A stretch of 64,000 nucleotides of DNA from an uncultured Aminicenantes bacterium (GCA_965195285.1 CBDAFS010000062.1:32001-96000), one strand, 5' to 3'. Positions 40,459 to 50,150 are shown, counted from the first letter of the stretch. Numbers and translations: made by a program. The notes: generated by a model not told the origin, from the sequence alone.

Positions 40459-43400
40459 TTACTCAACCACTTTGACCAAATCACTGAAAAGGGTCTTGGC
40501 ATCCTCTAATTTTTTCTCGTTGCCGTACACGCAAATGATGTTTTTCTCCAGGATATCCGCAATCAATTTCCACATTCCCTGAATATCCTGGGCCGTGGTT
40601 TTCAGAATTTCATTCCGTTCTTTTTGGATATTTTCAAAAGGGGTTTTTTCCAGATAGCGTGACAGGGCCACCCGGCCTTTTTCAAAGGGCAGCAGGGGTC
40701 GGTCCATACTGGAAATGGTTCCGATGATGTAACGGGTCATTTGTCGTTCTTCCGACTTGAATGTTTTCAGGTAATCGACAGCCTTGGTATAATTCTCCAG
40801 GGTTTTTTCAAGGTTGGGATCCCGGTAGGAACCGAACCACAGATAACCGTCTCTGGAAAAGGAGGAAAAACCACCATAAGCACCTCCGACCACCCGGATG
40901 GCATTATACAGATAATTACGGGAAAGAATCTGCCTCAATACCATCATTTTTCCGGAATATTCATATCCAAGGTCTTTGAAATTATATCCCTGGATGACAT
41001 ATTGAACCTTCGATGCAGAAAGCAGACCTTCGTTTTTCTTTTGATAATCAAAACTGTATTTTTCCGTCTTAACCGGTTTATCTCCGAGAAAATTGAGGAA
41101 CTTGGGGAAATGCTTCTGGAAAACCGGATAATCATCCTGGGAACAGGTGATTCCCACCATCAGATTGTTTCGGTTGAAGATCAGTGCAGCCACTTTTTCC
41201 AGCTTATCAATGACCGCTTTGGAATCCCGGTCAAAATTCCGGGCAATATCGGTGATAAACCGATAGTAGGACAGTCCCCGGGTCAATTCAGTGTATTTGC
41301 CCGAAGGTGAAAAATAAGACTCATGACGCATCAGGGCCACATTGAGTCCCCGGTTCTTCATCATGGACTCCAGTTGCGACTGCAGGCGGGTAATGACCTC
41401 TTTCAGCCTTTTGGGATCATTGTATATGGTATTTTTGATGATTTCCCCCTCCAGACCCACCAGTTTCTGAAATTTTGAGGCCATCACCTTGGCATCCACC
41501 ACAAATTTGGGCAAAAAGGTTTTCCTGTTGCTGTTTTCCAGATACACATTCACCCGGGTACTCAACCCACCGGTATGGATGTTGAGTTCGGTATCCAGTT
41601 CACCGTAACTGAATTTTTTGGTATTCAGTTCCCCCAGCACATCTGATAGTAGTGAGACATAGGCAATTGAATCCTGGGGAATGACCCGGGTATCAAACAT
41701 CAATCTTAAATAAATGATTTTATTGGTGAAGACCGGAAAGGACAGTAATTTGACTCCGGATTCTGAATTTTCCTTAACCTGGAGATCTTCTGCTTTTGGA
41801 TTCACATCCTGCAGGGACAGTAATGGAATGGACTTCAGGGCTTCGGGCGAGTCAGGGGTTTTCTGATACTTCTTCAGGGCCTTGGTATTTTCCACCAGTC
41901 TCTCCAACTCGGCATCCGACAGGGAGGCCTTGTACCTGACCAGTTCTTCTTTGGTCTTTTTTGTCTTTTCCGCTTCCAATCCTTTTCGGGGCTGGAGTAT
42001 CAGTAACAGACTGTGGGTATTGTTCAGCATGTATTTATCGATAATTTTTTCCAGATAATCACTGGTCAAGGCGGTTTTGATCGTCATAAGGGGTTTCTCA
42101 TACTCCAGGGACATAAAGGGATCATCGGCAAACATCCATCCGGTGAGGGCCCGGTAATTGTCCAGAATCGCCTTGGGAATTCTTGAAGTCTGGCTGCCTT
42201 CACGCAGGTTGAATTCCATCCGGTTGATCACACCTTCAACCATTCGTTTATCCAGTCCTTCTTTGACCAGTTTTTCCAGGGTATCGAAAACTATTTTCTT
42301 GAAATCATCCTTGTCACTGACATTGGCATTCCGAACCGTTATTGAAAATACGTTTTGTTTGTTCTCATCCACGCTGGCACTGACATCTTTTCCGATTCCG
42401 GCCTCAACCAGCGCCCGTCTCAACGGGGCAGAGGGTAAATTCAGCAGGACTTCACTTAAAACATCCAGTGACATGGAGAGATCTTGTTGAATACCCTGTC
42501 CGATGACAAAATTCAAATTCAGAAAGGTCTGATCCTCTAATTTCCCCTGTGCAGAGATGGCATAGTCAGCAACCACCTCTTTCATTTTAGCAAAAGGTTT
42601 CTGAAGCGGGATAAAGGAATCGACTTTGATCCGGTCAAACTTGGACAGGTATTTCTCATCAATAAATTTCAGCTCAGCCGCTAATTTTCCATCCCCGTAT
42701 AGGAAAATATAACTATTGGAGGGATGATAATATCGCTTGTGAAATGACAGAAATGTTTTGTAGGTCAGCTTGGGAATAGCTTCGGGATAACCACCGGAGC
42801 TCAAACTATAGGCATTGTCCGGAAACAGATGCTTATAAGCCTGAAAATCAAGTTCCCGTTCCGGAGAGGAAAAGGCCCCCTTCATTTCATTGTATACGAT
42901 TCCGTTATATATGAGCTCACCGTCTTTCTTCTCCAATTCGTAATGCCAGCCTTCCTGTTGAAATATTTTGGGCTCGTCATAGATTAAGGGCATTAACACC
43001 GCATCCAGATACACATGCATGAGATTGAAGAAATCCTTGTCATTCCGGCTCGAGACCGGATACATGGTCCGGTCATTGGCAGTGAATGCGTTTAAAAATG
43101 TATTCAATGAACCCCGGGCCAGAATATCAAACGGGCTTTTTACCGGAAAGCTCTTGGATCCATTTAACACGCAATGTTCCATAATATGAGGAAGTCCGGC
43201 ATCGGATTCGGGCGGTGTCTTGAATGATATGCAGAATGTTTTATTATCGTCTTTGGCCTCGATTTTCAACAAACGGGCCCCGCTCTTTTGATGCAGGAAT
43301 AATTTGCCCACTGCATTCATTTCTTTGATCATTTTTTGTTTGATCAGCTTGAAACCATGGTAAACCTTGCCAACTTCCATATCTTCAGCCTCCAGCATTG

Positions 43401-43467
43401 AATTTCCAAAAATCATCATCATACTCAGTATGAATATGATCAGACTTAAGGTTTTTTGTTTTTGCAT
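40459..43467 (-). CDS. Insulinase family (M16C, presequence-protease-like) metallopeptidase with signal peptide
   Basis: Inverted zinc motif HIMEH, FLNAFT, GIVYNEMKGA, IRVVGGAYG, SYRDPN. Confidence 0.94.
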   Translation of the reverse strand: MQKQKTLSLIIFILSMMMIFGNSMLEAEDMEVGKVYHGFKLIKQKMIKEMNAVGKLFLHQKSGARLLKIEAKDDNKTFCISFKTPPESDAGLPHIMEHCVLNGSKSFPVKSPFDILARGSLNTFLNAFTANDRTMYPVSSRNDKDFFNLMHVYLDAVLMPLIYDEPKIFQQEGWHYELEKKDGELIYNGIVYNEMKGAFSSPERELDFQAYKHLFPDNAYSLSSGGYPEAIPKLTYKTFLSFHKRYYHPSNSYIFLYGDGKLAAELKFIDEKYLSKFDRIKVDSFIPLQKPFAKMKEVVADYAISAQGKLEDQTFLNLNFVIGQGIQQDLSMSLDVLSEVLLNLPSAPLRRALVEAGIGKDVSASVDENKQNVFSITVRNANVSDKDDFKKIVFDTLEKLVKEGLDKRMVEGVINRMEFNLREGSQTSRIPKAILDNYRALTGWMFADDPFMSLEYEKPLMTIKTALTSDYLEKIIDKYMLNNTHSLLLILQPRKGLEAEKTKKTKEELVRYKASLSDAELERLVENTKALKKYQKTPDSPEALKSIPLLSLQDVNPKAEDLQVKENSESGVKLLSFPVFTNKIIYLRLMFDTRVIPQDSIAYVSLLSDVLGELNTKKFSYGELDTELNIHTGGLSTRVNVYLENSNRKTFLPKFVVDAKVMASKFQKLVGLEGEIIKNTIYNDPKRLKEVITRLQSQLESMMKNRGLNVALMRHESYFSPSGKYTELTRGLSYYRFITDIARNFDRDSKAVIDKLEKVAALIFNRNNLMVGITCSQDDYPVFQKHFPKFLNFLGDKPVKTEKYSFDYQKKNEGLLSASKVQYVIQGYNFKDLGYEYSGKMMVLRQILSRNYLYNAIRVVGGAYGGFSSFSRDGYLWFGSYRDPNLEKTLENYTKAVDYLKTFKSEERQMTRYIIGTISSMDRPLLPFEKGRVALSRYLEKTPFENIQKERNEILKTTAQDIQGMWKLIADILEKNIICVYGNEKKLEDAKTLFSDLVKVVE

Positions 43468-43578
43468 AAAAATATCCTCCTAATCTATTTTAAAACCTTT
43501 TATACGTTTATCAAACGGTTTTGGTTAAAAAAAGAGTACTATTATATCATATATTACCGGAATTTTTGATTTTTCGAT

Positions 43579-44919
43579 CTAAAAAGAGATTGAATGGTTT
43601 TTTACTATAGACAATCTGTGAACCTTTTTGATTTCATCAATATAGGATTTTTTTATATCAAGTTCCTTTGCAATTTTCGGCCATGTCGAAATAACATCGG
43701 TGATCTCTTTAACAATGGATCTATAAGAATCTATACGCTGATCAACACCGACTTTGTGAAGATCCTTTAACGTAAATTCATCTCTTTTACCATTAATGGT
43801 CATTTGATGTCGGTTTGTCCATTCCCCTTTGGGATTATATGAATAAATAACATCATAAGCTGGTGATAGTTTCCAATTGCCTGTTTTATCCATTAAAAAT
43901 GAGATATTTTTCGTATGGTCGTCCTGGTTTCGTGAAATGACATTAAATACCATTCGTCTGTATAGTTGTTCAATATCATATGGCGATAAATTAAGCTCAC
44001 GTAAAATCTGAAAAGCCTGTTCATATGAATAGGCTCCAGGGGAATTAAAATCAAAGTGAGATATTGCACATAAGGTTTGTAAATGAATTTTTTCGCCCTC
44101 TACTCTGTCAAAACGTTTTGTCATAAAATGATACCTGTTATTTTCTTTTAACAGTTCACAATCTGTCATATTGATTCCACAGGATTTTGCCAATTTACCA
44201 TACGCATATTCGATTTTTCCAAAACCTTCTGGATCCTCCAATGAATTATCTTTTATTCCGTCAAATTTTAAGATCCAGTACGAAAAGCCTTCAGGAGCTT
44301 TGACCTGGCCCGACCTTATTTCATTTGTATTTTCATTATATGCAATAACAGCTTTTGGCCTGTTTCCTCCTGCAGATGTACCAACACGGATAATATTAAG
44401 AAGTGCTTCAGAAGATGCAGATGTATTATCTATAAAATTAGTATTTAATCTGGATCTTTCATTTAGTACGGTTTGAGCCAACTCCAGGAGTTTTGAGACT
44501 TCAACCGGTACAGATTTATCAATATCTTTATTTAATATAGGTTTAAATTCTAATGCACCCATTCCCCTTTTCCCTGTATAACATAATCTTTCAATTGGAC
44601 TGAAAGTTTCAGGTGTTCTTCCTTCTCTTGCAAGCCATGAATCTATGATACTGTTCCCGAATTTATCCGGAAGAGAATCTGAGAGAAGCCCGGGTAATCC
44701 CTTAAAGGTATTTTTGGGAAGGTTTCTGAATTCAAAAGAAGGCCTTTTTCGTTTGATCGCTTCACTTAAAGGCATTGTGAGTGGTGAGAGGTTCAAATCC
44801 ATATTTAGAAATTTTGAATCAAATTCAAAAGTTGCATATTCTTTTTCGGCATTCCAGGAAACTGCACCAACAAGGTTTCCCCAGATATTTATATAAGCTA
44901 CATCAACTCTTTTTTCCAA
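43579..44919 (-). CDS. hipA: HipA family toxin kinase
   Basis: Couple_hipA-like N-terminus, GTSAGGNRPKA P-loop, WILKFD, NQDDHTKN, LSPAYD; TTG start after AGGAG. Confidence 0.94.
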   Translation of the reverse strand: MEKRVDVAYINIWGNLVGAVSWNAEKEYATFEFDSKFLNMDLNLSPLTMPLSEAIKRKRPSFEFRNLPKNTFKGLPGLLSDSLPDKFGNSIIDSWLAREGRTPETFSPIERLCYTGKRGMGALEFKPILNKDIDKSVPVEVSKLLELAQTVLNERSRLNTNFIDNTSASSEALLNIIRVGTSAGGNRPKAVIAYNENTNEIRSGQVKAPEGFSYWILKFDGIKDNSLEDPEGFGKIEYAYGKLAKSCGINMTDCELLKENNRYHFMTKRFDRVEGEKIHLQTLCAISHFDFNSPGAYSYEQAFQILRELNLSPYDIEQLYRRMVFNVISRNQDDHTKNISFLMDKTGNWKLSPAYDVIYSYNPKGEWTNRHQMTINGKRDEFTLKDLHKVGVDQRIDSYRSIVKEITDVISTWPKIAKELDIKKSYIDEIKKVHRLSIVKNHSISF

Positions 44920-44934
44920 ATTATAACTCCTATA

Positions 44935-45240
44935 TTACTTAACACTTTTTGAGGCCCTCTTCCTGGCCCTGCCTTTTAATTTTGCAAGCTGCAGAGGACT
45001 AATCCCCTGCTCAGGTAATATCGAATCGAGTTCATCAAGTTCCTTCAATGCTCTGAGTATCTGTATAAAAGTCAGCATACTAAAAGGTTTGCCCTTTTCA
45101 ACTTCCACAATTGTTGATCTGTTTAAGCCTGATAGCTTTGACAGATCCTTTTGCGAAATATTTTTTTCAAGCCTTTTTTGTTTTAAACGTCTACCGATCT
45201 CTTTTAATATTGCAAAATCAGTAAATCCATAAATACTCAT
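44935..45240 (-). CDS. HTH antitoxin (HipB-like, XRE)
   Basis: IGRRLKQKRLEKNISQKDLS...RSTIVEVEKG, ISPLQLAK...RKRA; directly upstream of hipA. Confidence 0.88.
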   Translation of the reverse strand: MSIYGFTDFAILKEIGRRLKQKRLEKNISQKDLSKLSGLNRSTIVEVEKGKPFSMLTFIQILRALKELDELDSILPEQGISPLQLAKLKGRARKRASKSVK

Positions 45241-45447
45241 AATGTCCCCCAAATCCATCATTTTTCTATAATTATGCCATTAATGATGGAAAATACCAAC
45301 ATATATATATGTATTCAAAGTGTGTTTTTTTCAACTTTTATTTAGGATTTAAAATTAAATTAACTATTTACCGAAATCTTGAAAGTAAAAAGAATATGCG
45401 CGTTTGTACCCTTTATCTCCATTTGAGTAATGAAATTCTTGAAGAAG

Positions 45448-45470
45448 TCAAGAAAGCAACGACCGTCCCC
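45448..45470 (+). repeat. Island motif copy
   Basis: TCAAGAAAGCAACGACCGTCCCC, 19/23 identical to the copy at 51172. Confidence 0.75.
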
Positions 45471-45599
45471 AATCCTTTCTAAAACCAATTCAAGAAAATA
45501 TTTTTTATCTTTTGAAGATTTAAATATCTTCTCCCCATTTATGCCCCTGTTCATGACATGGTGAAAGGCATCTTTGTAAGTAATTCTTGGGTGACGCAT
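45471..45599 (-). pseudogene. N-terminal fragment of REP-associated/Y1 HUH tyrosine transposase (RAYT)
   Basis: MRHPRITYKDAFHHVMNRGINGEKIF...DKKYFLEL; homology stops after ~40 codons, before the HUH motif. Confidence 0.85.
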
Positions 45600-45618
45600 A
45601 AAAAAAATATCAAATAGA

Positions 45619-45643
45619 TGTCATACTGTCAAGCAACGTCCCC
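45619..45643 (+). repeat. Island motif copy containing a minus-strand TTGACA
   Basis: TGTCATACTGTCAAGCAACGTCCCC; first 21 nt are 19/21 identical to 46400-46420. Confidence 0.75.
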
Positions 45644-45721
45644 ATTTCATTGGGTGGGTAAAACCAGAAAAATAAGGGTGGGTGCAAACGTGCAAATAGG
45701 CCTTTTTTTCTTTTAATCAAA

Positions 45722-45777
45722 TTTTCAGGTTTCAATGCACCGACTCCACTATTTTTTTTATAATGCTAAAATAAAAG
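45722..45777 (+). repeat. ~56-bp direct repeat, left of the lipoprotein gene
   Basis: CAGGTTTCAATGCACC...ATTTTTTTTATAATGCTAAAATAAAAG; partner at 46300-46357. Confidence 0.8.
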
Positions 45778-45867
45778 TCCCTCTTAAAGTTCATTTCTTC
45801 GTAGTCCACTTTCCTTTCTTTGTCTTTTGGGATATATTATGTGTAACAATTTTAAGGAGGAAGAAAA

Positions 45868-46287
45868 TTGAAGCCGAAACTTTTCACTATATTGCTTATT
45901 GTGGTTTTGATGAGTACGCTATTTCATCCAGGTTGTAAGACCGTAGAAGAATGCAGCTTCAATATCACCGGTATCTGGCAGGTCTCTATTACTATTACCG
46001 ACTGGTCAGCTACATGGACAGAAACTTTAACATTTATTGGGAGCACACTCAGTGGTGTGTCAACTGGCTTTAAGTACCAGCACGTAAATGTTCAAAACGG
46101 AACATATACAGTTACCAATTGTACAACCGTTCAATTCATTTTTAATTATTTGGATCTCGGGACACAATTGATTTGGATGTTTAATGGCAGTTCTACCTCA
46201 GAAAACACTATGAGCGGTACAGGCACCTACTATAATGACTGGAGTGGTTCCACATTGAGTCTTACCTGGACAGCCACAAGAACTTAA
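45868..46287 (+). CDS. Putative lipoprotein, small beta-rich domain
   Basis: AAGGAGG RBS, TTG start, signal peptide ending HPG-C, Thr/Gly/Trp-rich strands. Confidence 0.75.
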   Translation: MKPKLFTILLIVVLMSTLFHPGCKTVEECSFNITGIWQVSITITDWSATWTETLTFIGSTLSGVSTGFKYQHVNVQNGTYTVTNCTTVQFIFNYLDLGTQLIWMFNGSSTSENTMSGTGTYYNDWSGSTLSLTWTATRT

Positions 46288-46299
46288 TATATTAAAGTT

Positions 46300-46357
46300 T
46301 TTCCAGGTTTCGATGCACCTCCCCCAATCCATTTTTTTTATAATGCCAAAATGAAAG
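46300..46357 (+). repeat. ~56-bp direct repeat, right of the lipoprotein gene
   Basis: CAGGTTTCGATGCACC...ATTTTTTTTATAATGCCAAAATGAAAG. Confidence 0.8.
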
Positions 46358-46399
46358 ACGTGATCCTATTAACACACCGAGCATGGAGGTTTCCTAAAT

Positions 46400-46420
46400 T
46401 GTCACACTGTCAAGCACCGT
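46400..46420 (+). repeat. Island motif copy lacking the terminal CCCC
   Basis: TGTCACACTGTCAAGCACCGT. Confidence 0.7.
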
Positions 46421-46572
46421 TAAGCCTCTTACTTAATAAAAAGCAGGTAGAAGAAACACAAAAATTATGCTTGAAAAGTCAAACACAGATTTGACCCCTT
46501 TATATTGTATACGTCCCTTTTATCTTTTAATTTTAATTTCTAAAGTGTTATGATAAAAACAAAGTATTTAAT

Positions 46573-49500
46573 ATGATCAATAGAAGGAAAATTATTGAAA
46601 CCTTTGAACAAATATTTCTTTTAGAGCTGCATCATTTAAAAAATCGACCTGATCTAATATTTCAACAGTTGTATAATGAGCTGCAGTGGAAAGAAAGAGA
46701 AATTAAGGAAATTGTAGAAAAAGCAAGGAAAACATATTTACATTCCGGAAGATCATTTCTCCACCAGTACAGAAAACCCAAAGTTGAGGTAAATCATCTG
46801 ATGATGACCTTGGCAGGGCATAAAGATGCGGTGAATGCTTGTGTCTATTCCCCAAATGGGAAACACATTGTTTCAGCTAGCAGTGATAATACCTTAAAGA
46901 TCTGGGACAGTGAGAATGGCCAGGAAATTGCCAGACTAACAGAACATACAAGTAGGATAAAAGCATGCGCCTATTCTCCTGATGGTAAATGGATTGTTTC
47001 AGCAAGTACTGATAGAACCTTGAAGTTATGGAGCGGTGAGACATTTCAAAAAGTTTTCACACTGAAGGGACATTCAGGTGTTGTACACTCTTGTGCGTTT
47101 TCTCCGGATGGGAAGAAAGTGGTATCAGCAAGTAATGATTATATGTTAAAACTGTGGGAAACAGAGACAGGAGAGGAGCTAGCAACTCTGAAAGGGCATT
47201 CAAATTTAGTAATATCCTGTGCATTTTCACCGAATGGAAAAAGGATTGTGTCAGCTAGTTTTGATAGAACATTAAGAATCTGGGACGCTGAGACTGCCCA
47301 AGAATTAACGATATTATTAAAAAATACCAGATTGATATTTTCCTGTGCTTTTTCCCCTGATGGGAAAAAGATTATCTCATCATGTGATGATTCCACTTTA
47401 ATAGTTATAGATATTAAGACCGGCCAAACATTAGACGTATTAATCGGACATAATAAATTATCTGGTGCTGCTATATCTATGTCAGATACTGGTGGTGACC
47501 CATCTTTTTCCGGATGGATATTATCTTGTTCATATTCTCCTGATGGGAAAAGAATTGTTTCAGCTGGTTATGATGGAACCTTAAAAACCTGGGACGCTGA
47601 GACTGGCCAAGAATTAATGACTTTTAAAGAACATATAGGCCAGATAAATTTCTGTTCATACTCCCCTGATGGGAAAAGGATTATCTCAGCTGGTGCTGAT
47701 AACACAGTAAGGGTATGGGATTGTGAAATCTATAAAGAGAGAGAAATCAGGAGAGAATTAGCTATACTTAAAGGTCATAACTCGACTGTTAAGTCATGTG
47801 TTTATTCCCCTGATGGAAAAAGAATTATATCTGCAAGTCGTGATAATACCTTAAAAATCTGGGATAGTAAGACAGGGGAGGAGACACATACCCTAACTGG
47901 GCATACTGATTCTGTATGCTTCTGTTCATGGTCTCCAGATGGAAGAAGAATTATATTTGCAAGTGAAGATAAAACTTTGAAGATATGGGATGCAGAAACA
48001 GTAAAAGAAATTACCATACTAACAGGACACACAGGTGGGATAATAGCATGCGCCTATTCTCCTGATGGGAGAAGAATTATATTTGCATGTGAAGATACAA
48101 CCTTAAAAATCTGGGATAGTGCAACAGGGAAGAAGACACATACCCTAACTGGGCATACTGATTCTGTATGGTTCTGTTCATGGTCTCCTGATGGGAAAAG
48201 AATTGTATCTGCAAGTGAAGATAAAACGTTAAAGATATGGGATGCAGAAACAGGAAAGGAAATTACTACACTAACAGGACACACCGGTGGGATAATAGCA
48301 TGCGCCTATTCCCCTGATGGGAAAAGAATTGTTTCTGGAAGTAGAGATCTAGCCTTGAAGGTCTGGGATAGTGAGATTTTTATGGATCAAGCGACATTAA
48401 AAGGCCACATTGGAATGATAACTTCTTGCAATTTTTCACCAGATGGAAGAAGAATTATATCTTCAAGTACCGATAAAACCTTAAGGGTCTGGGATATTGA
48501 GAATTTTAAAGAATTGCTAACCTTAAGAGGACATGTTGATACAGTAACCTCTTGCAACTTTTCACCAGATGGAAGAAGAATTATATCTTCAAGTGACGAT
48601 AAAACCATAAGGATCTGGGATAATAAGAATGGTGAAGATTTAGTAATACCAATAGGACATACTGATGTGGTAGATGTCTGGGCTTATTCCCCAAATGGGA
48701 AACAAATTACATCTGGAAGTTTTGATAAAACCTTAAAGATCTGGGATGTAGATAGGGGAGAAATATTTTCTACACTAATTGGACATAATGATAAAATAAC
48801 GGCCTGTGCTTATTCCCCGGATGGGAAAAAAATAATCTCGGGTAGTCGTGATAATACTTTAAAAATTTGGGATAGTGAGACAGGGCGGGAAATCCATACC
48901 CTAACTGGGCATAGAGGTGAGGTGAATGCTTGTGTCTATTCCCCAAATGGGAAACACATTGTTTCAACTAGCGATGATAATAACTTAAAGATCTGGGATG
49001 CAGAAACAGGAAAGGAAATTACTACACTAACAGGACACACCGGTGGGATAATAGCATGCGCCTATTCTCCTGATGGGAGAAGAATTGTATCTGCAAGTCA
49101 AGATCAAACCTTAAAAATCTGGGATAGTAAGACTTTTGAGGAATTGCAAACATTAAGAGGTCATTTTGATGGAGTATACTCTTGTGATTTTTCCCCTGAT
49201 GGGAAAAAAATTATCTCAACAAGTGCTGATAAAACCATAAAAATATGGGATATTGAGAGAGGTAATGAGTTACTTACATTAATAGGATATTGGTTCCATA
49301 AAAATTCACTTTATGGGAAAAGAATGATTTCCGGACTTTCAGATGGCAGTGTTAATGATAAATTAAAGGTTTTGGATACAGAGACAGGAAGAGAGATTGT
49401 CACTCTTATAGGACATTCTGGACTTATATTAGATTGTGCTTGGTCTCCGGATGGGAAAAGAATTGTTTCTGGAAGTAGAGACCTAACCTTGAAGGTCTGG

Positions 49501-49635
49501 GACAGTGAAATAGGAGAGGAATTATTTATTTTTTATACTAGATATTATGTAAACAAATGCAATTTTTCTCCTGATGGAAAATCAATTGTAGCTGGGGATT
49601 ATAATGGGAATGTATATTTTCTTAAATTAGTATGA
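46573..49635 (+). CDS. WD40 repeat protein (~22 repeats) with short N-terminal helical segment
   Basis: 42-aa repeats GHxxxVxxCxYSPDGKRIxSxSxDxTLKIWD; no signal peptide and no P-loop. Confidence 0.95.
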   Translation: MINRRKIIETFEQIFLLELHHLKNRPDLIFQQLYNELQWKEREIKEIVEKARKTYLHSGRSFLHQYRKPKVEVNHLMMTLAGHKDAVNACVYSPNGKHIVSASSDNTLKIWDSENGQEIARLTEHTSRIKACAYSPDGKWIVSASTDRTLKLWSGETFQKVFTLKGHSGVVHSCAFSPDGKKVVSASNDYMLKLWETETGEELATLKGHSNLVISCAFSPNGKRIVSASFDRTLRIWDAETAQELTILLKNTRLIFSCAFSPDGKKIISSCDDSTLIVIDIKTGQTLDVLIGHNKLSGAAISMSDTGGDPSFSGWILSCSYSPDGKRIVSAGYDGTLKTWDAETGQELMTFKEHIGQINFCSYSPDGKRIISAGADNTVRVWDCEIYKEREIRRELAILKGHNSTVKSCVYSPDGKRIISASRDNTLKIWDSKTGEETHTLTGHTDSVCFCSWSPDGRRIIFASEDKTLKIWDAETVKEITILTGHTGGIIACAYSPDGRRIIFACEDTTLKIWDSATGKKTHTLTGHTDSVWFCSWSPDGKRIVSASEDKTLKIWDAETGKEITTLTGHTGGIIACAYSPDGKRIVSGSRDLALKVWDSEIFMDQATLKGHIGMITSCNFSPDGRRIISSSTDKTLRVWDIENFKELLTLRGHVDTVTSCNFSPDGRRIISSSDDKTIRIWDNKNGEDLVIPIGHTDVVDVWAYSPNGKQITSGSFDKTLKIWDVDRGEIFSTLIGHNDKITACAYSPDGKKIISGSRDNTLKIWDSETGREIHTLTGHRGEVNACVYSPNGKHIVSTSDDNNLKIWDAETGKEITTLTGHTGGIIACAYSPDGRRIVSASQDQTLKIWDSKTFEELQTLRGHFDGVYSCDFSPDGKKIISTSADKTIKIWDIERGNELLTLIGYWFHKNSLYGKRMISGLSDGSVNDKLKVLDTETGREIVTLIGHSGLILDCAWSPDGKRIVSGSRDLTLKVWDSEIGEELFIFYTRYYVNKCNFSPDGKSIVAGDYNGNVYFLKLV

Positions 49636-49919
49636 GTATATATATTTGAACACTAAATCTCAGGCCCAGTTGGAATTAAGTAAAGTATTTTTATCAAATA
49701 AAAAAAAGGGAAAAAAGGGGGACGTCCATTAAAAGTTCATTGTCAAGTAAATAGATCAATTTTTTTGATTTTTTTTCAAAATCGGTTTAAAATTTAATTC
49801 AATGGTAACGATTAGCCCTTCTCACGCCCGTGTTTTCTGTTATTTTTGGTTTGCAGGGTTAAAATTCCCGCACCAGTCATCCATATGGATTTGGAGAATA
49901 AAAATATGGAAATATATCC

Positions 49920-50150
49920 AAAAAAAATATTTATTCTCCTTTGCACCTTTTGGTGCTCCAGAAAACCTTTGGTGCCATCCCATGTCCATAATTTTGGGTT
50001 TGCAGATAACTTATGGCTCTTTGTCCAACCCCGATTGGCTCAAGGGATGGGCGAGAGTTACTAAACATTACCATTTGTAAAGGTTGCGGCAGTTTTCCAA
50101 TCAGATCTGGTGGTTCTTAGTCCAACCCCATTACTGGTTCACTGCCGCAG
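49920..50150 (-). ncRNA. Candidate IS110 bridge/seek RNA
   Basis: Stems 50141-50149/50085-50093 and 50044-50050/49975-49981, each enclosing an internal loop and a near-duplicated hairpin GGGGTTGGAC..AGA.CCA. Confidence 0.6.

Noticed and set aside
45735-45938. 67-aa ORF overlapping the lipoprotein gene start
   Set aside because: It begins inside the direct repeat and has no RBS; the TTG-start lipoprotein has a strong SD and signal peptide.
46810-49600. 126-bp periodic repeats as a CRISPR array or DGR template/variable pair
   Set aside because: They are in-frame WD40 coding repeats with no spacers; differences are not adenine-specific, and there is no cas or reverse transcriptase gene.
49802-50080. 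92-aa and 72-aa ORFs downstream of the IS110 transposase
   Set aside because: They overlap the structured non-coding IS end and show no protein-like features.
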